Origin: the human T2T-CHM13v2.0 reference genome, Homo sapiens
Reading direction: 5' to 3' (one strand)
Length of the DNA: 64,000 bases
Assembly (NCBI RefSeq): GCF_009914755.1
Contig: NC_060928.1
Notes under the pieces: generated by a model
Databases searched by the model: none
Seen by the model: only the letters and a program-made list of their open reading frames with translations
What the model was told of the DNA's origin: nothing
Part shown: positions 57,815-64,000 of the stretch, piece after piece
Layout of the letters: each line of letters begins with the position of its first letter
Position numbering within the stretch: the stretch's first letter is position 1
Made by a program: the position numbers and the translations under genes

Positions 57815-58198
57815 CCTTCAATATTGTGAAACGGTTGCTTGGAAGAAGCTGTCTAGCCAGGAACTGCATTTCCCTGTATCCACACCATTTTGGTGAATGC
57901 TCATGACTGGATTTTACCAATGAATGTGAACAGGAATGTTGTTAATAGCTTCAGGGCTAAAATGGTTATGAAAGTGCAAGAGATGCTCTAAACTGTCTTT
58001 CTCTGCTCAAAGAGATTCTAGGGGATCATGAAACAATTATTTGGAGACACCCAGGATCCCAGAGTCAATGCACGGAAAGAGCTATGCATGAGAGCCACCT
58101 AACACATGTAAAACTGTGACATACATGAGAAATATACATTAATTCCCTTAAGCCACTGAGATTTTTGAGCCAAGGCTGGCCTACTGTAACTAACACAG
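57815..58198 (+). mobile_element. Old MLT1 LTR inserted in a MIR
   Basis: CTGCATTTCCCTG...CATGACTGGATTTTACCAATG...TGAGAAATA...TTAAGCCACTGAGATTT...ACTAACACA; MIR pieces at about 57690-57800 and 58200-58330. Confidence 0.6.
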
Positions 58199-59002
58199 TA
58201 GGTGTTATTAACATTACCATTTATACAAACAGAAATAAGACTTGGGAAGATCTGCCTAAGACACTAAGTAATAGAGCTGTGATTAGCATTTGAAATATTC
58301 AATTTCAGAGCCCATGTTCTTAACCATTGCCCAATATCATCATCTTTTTATATAAATTTGTAAAAGTGGTGATACTGTTTTTTTTAATAAACTAGGAAGA
58401 AATTCTAAACTCCTATATTTTGAGGTGTGTTGTTCATGTTCACAAAGCCCCATAGCCAACTAATAAGGTAATATGCATTACTAATGGGTAATATGCATTC
58501 TACATTAAAAATGGCATTTGCTTTAAGGAATTCAATGATCTAGGATTTAAATATTTTGTTCCAAGTTTAACTGATAATTCCCCCCAAGCTTTTCTCATTG
58601 GCACAATAATATGGCTTAGGGGAAAGTATGAAGGCTGAGTAATCAGAACTGCTTGGATCAGAACATGACCTCTTCGGCCTTGAGTAAGACATGTAACCTC
58701 GCTGAGGCTTCGTTTTACTCTCTGCAAAAGACAGTTAACATCACCAGCTTTTTAGGATAATTCTAAATATTAGAAATAATGCTGGAAATCTTAATAAATC
58801 ACTCAGTACACATAGACAGTAATTTAATTCAATCAAGAACTATGTATTTAAATGTCTACTATAATGCATGCCAGACATTGTTGAGGCTCCAAAGATACAA
58901 TAAACAAAACAGACAAAAATCCTCACCTATTTGCATTCAATGTATTCTTTTTTTTTTTTCTTTCTAACAGTTCATAATAAAAGAAACCAATATTAAGGCA
59001 CT

Positions 59003-60980
59003 TTCAATTCTGATCAAGATGGAGTAACAGGGACAAGATTTACATTCCCATCCGAAACAACAACAACCAAACAGGCAAAATATATTAGACAATAGTTTAG
59101 GAAACACTGGCCATTAGGTAAAATAGATAGTGATCTCGGAGATACCTGGAATGAATGAGATGAGCCCTACAATTGCCCAAGCAATTATGAGACAAGGAAG
59201 AATGCAAAATGAGATTGGAAAATATTTTAAATAAAAAATAAAAACACATGATATCAAAATAGCAGGATTCTACTAATGCAATATGTACACAGAAATTGAA
59301 TCACTAAATATCTATGTTCGATAGCAAAAAAGATATCAAATCAATAGCCTTAACTTCTACCTTAACAATAACATTTAATTAGAAAAAGAAGAGTAAATTA
59401 AATCCCCTGTAAGCAAAAGGTAATGATATTAATCAGAGCAGAAAACAGTAAAATAGAAACAGAAAACAATAGAAAAAATAAATGAAACCAAAATGTAGTT
59501 CTTTTAAAAAAGTCAATACAATCAATAAACCTCTAGCCAGGCTAATCAGAAAAAAAGAGAGAAAATACAAATTATCAGCATCAAGAAAGAAGGGACATAA
59601 CTACAAATTTTTCTGATAGTAGAGAATAATATAGAAACATTGTGAAAAAAAAACACGCATGTGAAATGAACAATTTTCATGAAAGATAAAAACAACCAAA
59701 TTTTACTCAGGAAGAAATAGGTACTCTAAATAACCCTGTATCTGTTAAACACATTAAAGTTACAGTTAAAAAATTTCTCACAAGGAATGTTCTAGGCCCA
59801 GATGGTTTTGCCTTCGATTCTACCAAACATACAACGGGGAGATTATACAAATTCAAAGCAAATTCTTCCTGAAGACAAAAGAAGGAAGACTTCCACAAAT
59901 ATTCTATGAGCCAGCATTACCCCAGTATCAAAGCCAGGGAAAGGCGTTACAAATAAAAAAAAATACAGAGTAATATCTCTGATGACCATTGGTGCAAAAT
60001 TTCTAAAGAAAATGCCAGCAAATCAAATCTAACAGTGTATAAAATGATAATGCATTATGATCAAGTGGGGCTTATCTCAGGAATGCAGTTAGTTTAACTT
60101 TAGAAAATCAGTGTCTGTAATTTACAATATTAACAAACTAAAAAAGTGATTATTTCAATAGATACTGAAAAAGAATTTGACAAAACTGCAATGTGAATTC
60201 CTGACAAACACTCTCAGCAAATCAAGAACAAAAGGAAACTTCCTCAGTGTGATAAAAAGCATCTTTTAAAAACTTACAGCTAATTTAATGGTTATATTTA
60301 AAAAACTTAATATTTTCCCTCTAATATCATGATTATGAGAAGTTATCTACTCTTACCTGTTCGAATTGTATAGTGCAGATTCTAGCCAGTGCAACAACAA
60401 AAAAAAGAAATACAGTATTGAGCATGAAGAAGATATATTTATTTAAAGATGACAGAACTGTCTATGTATAAATTCCAATGAAATCTACATAAATATCTAA
60501 TAGAAATAATTGCATGCAGTGAGACTGCAGCATACAATATCAATATAAAAATAACTTCCATTAAATTGAAATTAAATATTATTTATAATAGCTTCATAAA
60601 TTGATAACTTAGTAAAGTTATCAATTTTCCCCAAATTGATTTACAGAGTCAATAAAATCCAAACCAAACTCACAGCGGGCATTGTTTATTTGGTAGAAAT
60701 CAACAAGCTGATTTGAAATTAATGTGGAAATCCAATGAATCTAGACTAGCCAGGGAAATTTTAAAAGAAAAGAAAGAACAAAGTTGGAGGAATAACAGTG
60801 CCAGAATTCAAGACTGATTATAAAGCTACAATTATTAATATAGTGTGTGTCATTGGTGTAATAAAAGACAAGTTAATCAATGGAATAGAAATGGACCCAT
60901 GAATATGTAGAATATTGATTTTTAATAATGCTATAGGCTAAGCAATGGAGGAAAATATCGTATTTTTAGAAAATTATACT
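59003..60980 (+). mobile_element. Ancient L1M (L1MC/MD-like): 5' end joined to degenerate ORF2
   Basis: CAAGATGGAGTAACAGGGAC 5' end; ORF2-like AGAAAAAGAAGAG..., CCAGATGGTTT..., GAGCCAGCATTACCC, GATCAAGTGGGG, AACAAAGTTGGAGGA, TATAAAGCTACA; many stops. Confidence 0.8.
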
Positions 60981-60994
60981 AAAGATATGTTTGA

Positions 60995-61899
60995 GGGGGA
61001 GGAGCCAAGATGGCCGAATAGGAACAGCTCCGGTCTACAGCTCCCAGCGTGAGCGACGCAGAAGACGGTGATTTCTGCATTTCCATCTGAGGTACCGGGT
61101 TCATCTCACTAGGGAGTGCCAGACAGTGGGCGCAGGCCAGTGTGTGTGCGCACCGTGCGCGAGCCGAAGCAGGGCGAGGCATTGCCTCACCTGGGAAGCG
61201 CAAGGGGTCAGGGAGTTCCCTTTCCGAGTCAAAGAAAGGGGTGACGGACGCACCTGGAAAATCGGGTCACTCCCACCCGAATATTGCGCTTTTCAGACCG
61301 GCTTAAGAAACGGCGCACCACGAGACTATATCCCACACCTGGCTCGGAGGGTCCTACGCCCACGGAATCTCGCTGATTGCTAGCACAGCAGTCTGAGATC
61401 AAACTGCAAGGCGGCAACGAGGCTGGGGGAGGGGCGCCCGCCATTGCCCAGGCTTGCTTAGGTAAACAAAGCAGCCGGGAAGCTCGAACTGGGTGGAGCC
61501 CACCACAGCTCAAGGAGGCCTGCCTGCCTCTGTAGGCTCCACCTCTGGGGGCAGGGCACAGACAAACAAAAAGACAGCAGTAACCTCTGCAGACTTAAGT
61601 GTCCCTGTCTGACAGCTTTGAAGAGAGCAGTGGTTCTCCCAGCACGCAGCCGGAGATCTGAGAACGGGCAGACTGCCTCCTCAAGTGGGTCCCTGACTCC
61701 TGACCCCCGAGCAGCCTAACTGGGAGGCACCCCCCAGCAGGGGCACACTGACACCTCACACGGCAGGGTATTCCAACAGACCTGCAGCTGAGGGTCCTGT
61801 CTGTTAGAAGGAAAACTAACAACCAGAAAGGACATCTACACCGAAAACCCATCTGTACATCACCATCATCAAAGACCAAAAGTAGATAAAACCACAAAG
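60995..61899 (+). promoter_or_regulatory. L1HS 5'UTR CpG-island promoter (sense and antisense)
   Basis: YY1 site CAAGATGGCC at 61006-61015; intact CpG-dense 5' half; SOX-type AACAAA sites at about 61465 and 61565. Confidence 0.92.
61229..61444 (-). CDS. ORF0: L1 ORF0 (71 aa), intact
   Basis: MAGAPPPASLPPCSLISDCCASNQRDSVGVGPSEPGVGYSLVVRRFLSRSEKRNIRVGVTRFSRCVRHPFL*, ATG at 61444, inside the tracked ORF 61229-61513. Confidence 0.88.
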   Translation of the reverse strand: MAGAPPPASLPPCSLISDCCASNQRDSVGVGPSEPGVGYSLVVRRFLSRSEKRNIRVGVTRFSRCVRHPFL

Positions 61900-62916
61900 A
61901 TGGGGAAAAAACAGAACAGAAAAACTGGAAACTCTAAAACGCAGAGCGCCTCTCCTCCTCCAAAGGAACGCAGTTCCTCACCAGCAACAGAACAAAGCTG
62001 GATGGAGAATGATTTTGATGAGCTGAGAGAAGAAGGCTTCAGACGATCAAATTACTCTGAGCTACGGGAGGACATTCAAACCAAAGGCAAAGAAGTTGAA
62101 AACTTTGAAAAAAATTTAGAAGAATGTATAACTAGAATAACCAATACAGAGAAGTGCTTAAAGGAGCTGATGGAGCTGAAAACCAAGGCTCGAGAACTAC
62201 GTGAAGAATGCAGAAGCCTCAGGAGCCGATGTGATCAACTGGAAGAAAGGGTATCAGCAATGGAAGATGAAATGAATGAAATGAAGCGAGAAGGGAAGTT
62301 TAGAGAAAAAAGAATAAAAAGAAATGAGCAAAGCCTCCAAGAAATATGGGACTATGTGAAAAGACCAAATCTACGTCTGATTGGTGTACCTGAAAGTGAT
62401 GTGGAGAATGGAACCAAGTTGGAAAACACTCTGCAGGATATTATCCAGGAGAACTTCCCCAATCTAGCAAGGCAGGCCAACGTTCAGATTCAGGAAATAC
62501 AGAGAACGCCACAAAGATACTCCTCGAGAAGAGCAACTCCAAGACACATAATTGTCAGATTCACCAAAGTTGAAATGAAGGAAAAAATGTTAAGGGCAGC
62601 CAGAGAGAAAGGTCGGGTTACCCTCAAAGGAAAGCCCATCAGACTAACAGCGGATCTCTCGGCAGAAACCCTACAAGCCAGAAGAGAGTGGGGGCCAATA
62701 TTCAACATTCTTAAAGAAAAGAATTTTCAACCCAGAATTTCATATCCAGCCAAACTAAGCTTCATAAGTGAAGGAGAAATAAAATACTTTATAGACAAGC
62801 AAATGTTGAGAGATTTTGTCACCACCAGGCCTGCCCTAAAAGAGCTCCTGAAGGAAGCGCTAAACATGGAAAGGAACAACCGGTACCAGCCGCTGCAAAA
62901 CCATGCCAAAATGTAA
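61900..62916 (+). CDS. ORF1: L1 ORF1p (338 aa RNA-binding chaperone: coiled coil, RRM, CTD), intact
   Basis: Complete 338-aa ORF MGKKQNRK...NHAKM with REKG, ARR and YPAKLS motifs intact. Confidence 0.97.
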   Translation: MGKKQNRKTGNSKTQSASPPPKERSSSPATEQSWMENDFDELREEGFRRSNYSELREDIQTKGKEVENFEKNLEECITRITNTEKCLKELMELKTKARELREECRSLRSRCDQLEERVSAMEDEMNEMKREGKFREKRIKRNEQSLQEIWDYVKRPNLRLIGVPESDVENGTKLENTLQDIIQENFPNLARQANVQIQEIQRTPQRYSSRRATPRHIIVRFTKVEMKEKMLRAAREKGRVTLKGKPIRLTADLSAETLQARREWGPIFNILKEKNFQPRISYPAKLSFISEGEIKYFIDKQMLRDFVTTRPALKELLKEALNMERNNRYQPLQNHAKM

Positions 62917-62955
62917 AGACCATCGAGACTAGGAAGAAACTGCATCAACTAATGA

Positions 62956-64000
<1,045 letters not shown>

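Overview
Human intergenic or intronic DNA: AT-rich, dense in interspersed repeats, with no recognisable host protein-coding exon, rRNA, tRNA or CRISPR array. Human origin is inferred from an L1HS element. Two LINE-1s point away from each other. One is a dead full-length L1PA3-like copy on the minus strand (5172-11352) with an 11-bp target-site duplication (TSD), broken ORF1/ORF2/ORF0 and the roughly 129-bp ZNF93-binding 5'UTR segment retained. The other is a very young L1HS with Ta-1d-type diagnostics on the plus strand (60995 to the window end); its 5'UTR, ORF0 and ORF1 are intact, ORF2 is open as far as visible, and the ZNF93 segment is deleted. The rest of the window holds Alus, MaLR/ERV solo LTRs, DNA-transposon relics (Tigger1, Tigger2a, MER47, MER119, MER5A, MER1B, MER58), MIR/L2 remnants and stretches of unique sequence. 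Structures not explained by repeats: a perfect 36-bp-stem hairpin (21010-21087), a 3 x 141-bp tandem triplication (23701-24130), two small fold-back signatures, a 22-nt G run, candidate non-coding exons and developmental TF-motif clusters. Repeat subfamily names come from recalled consensus sequences, not database searches, and boundaries of old repeats are approximate. No new biological system can be demonstrated from sequence alone. The best leads are the hairpin and the two L1 antisense promoters that face each other across it.
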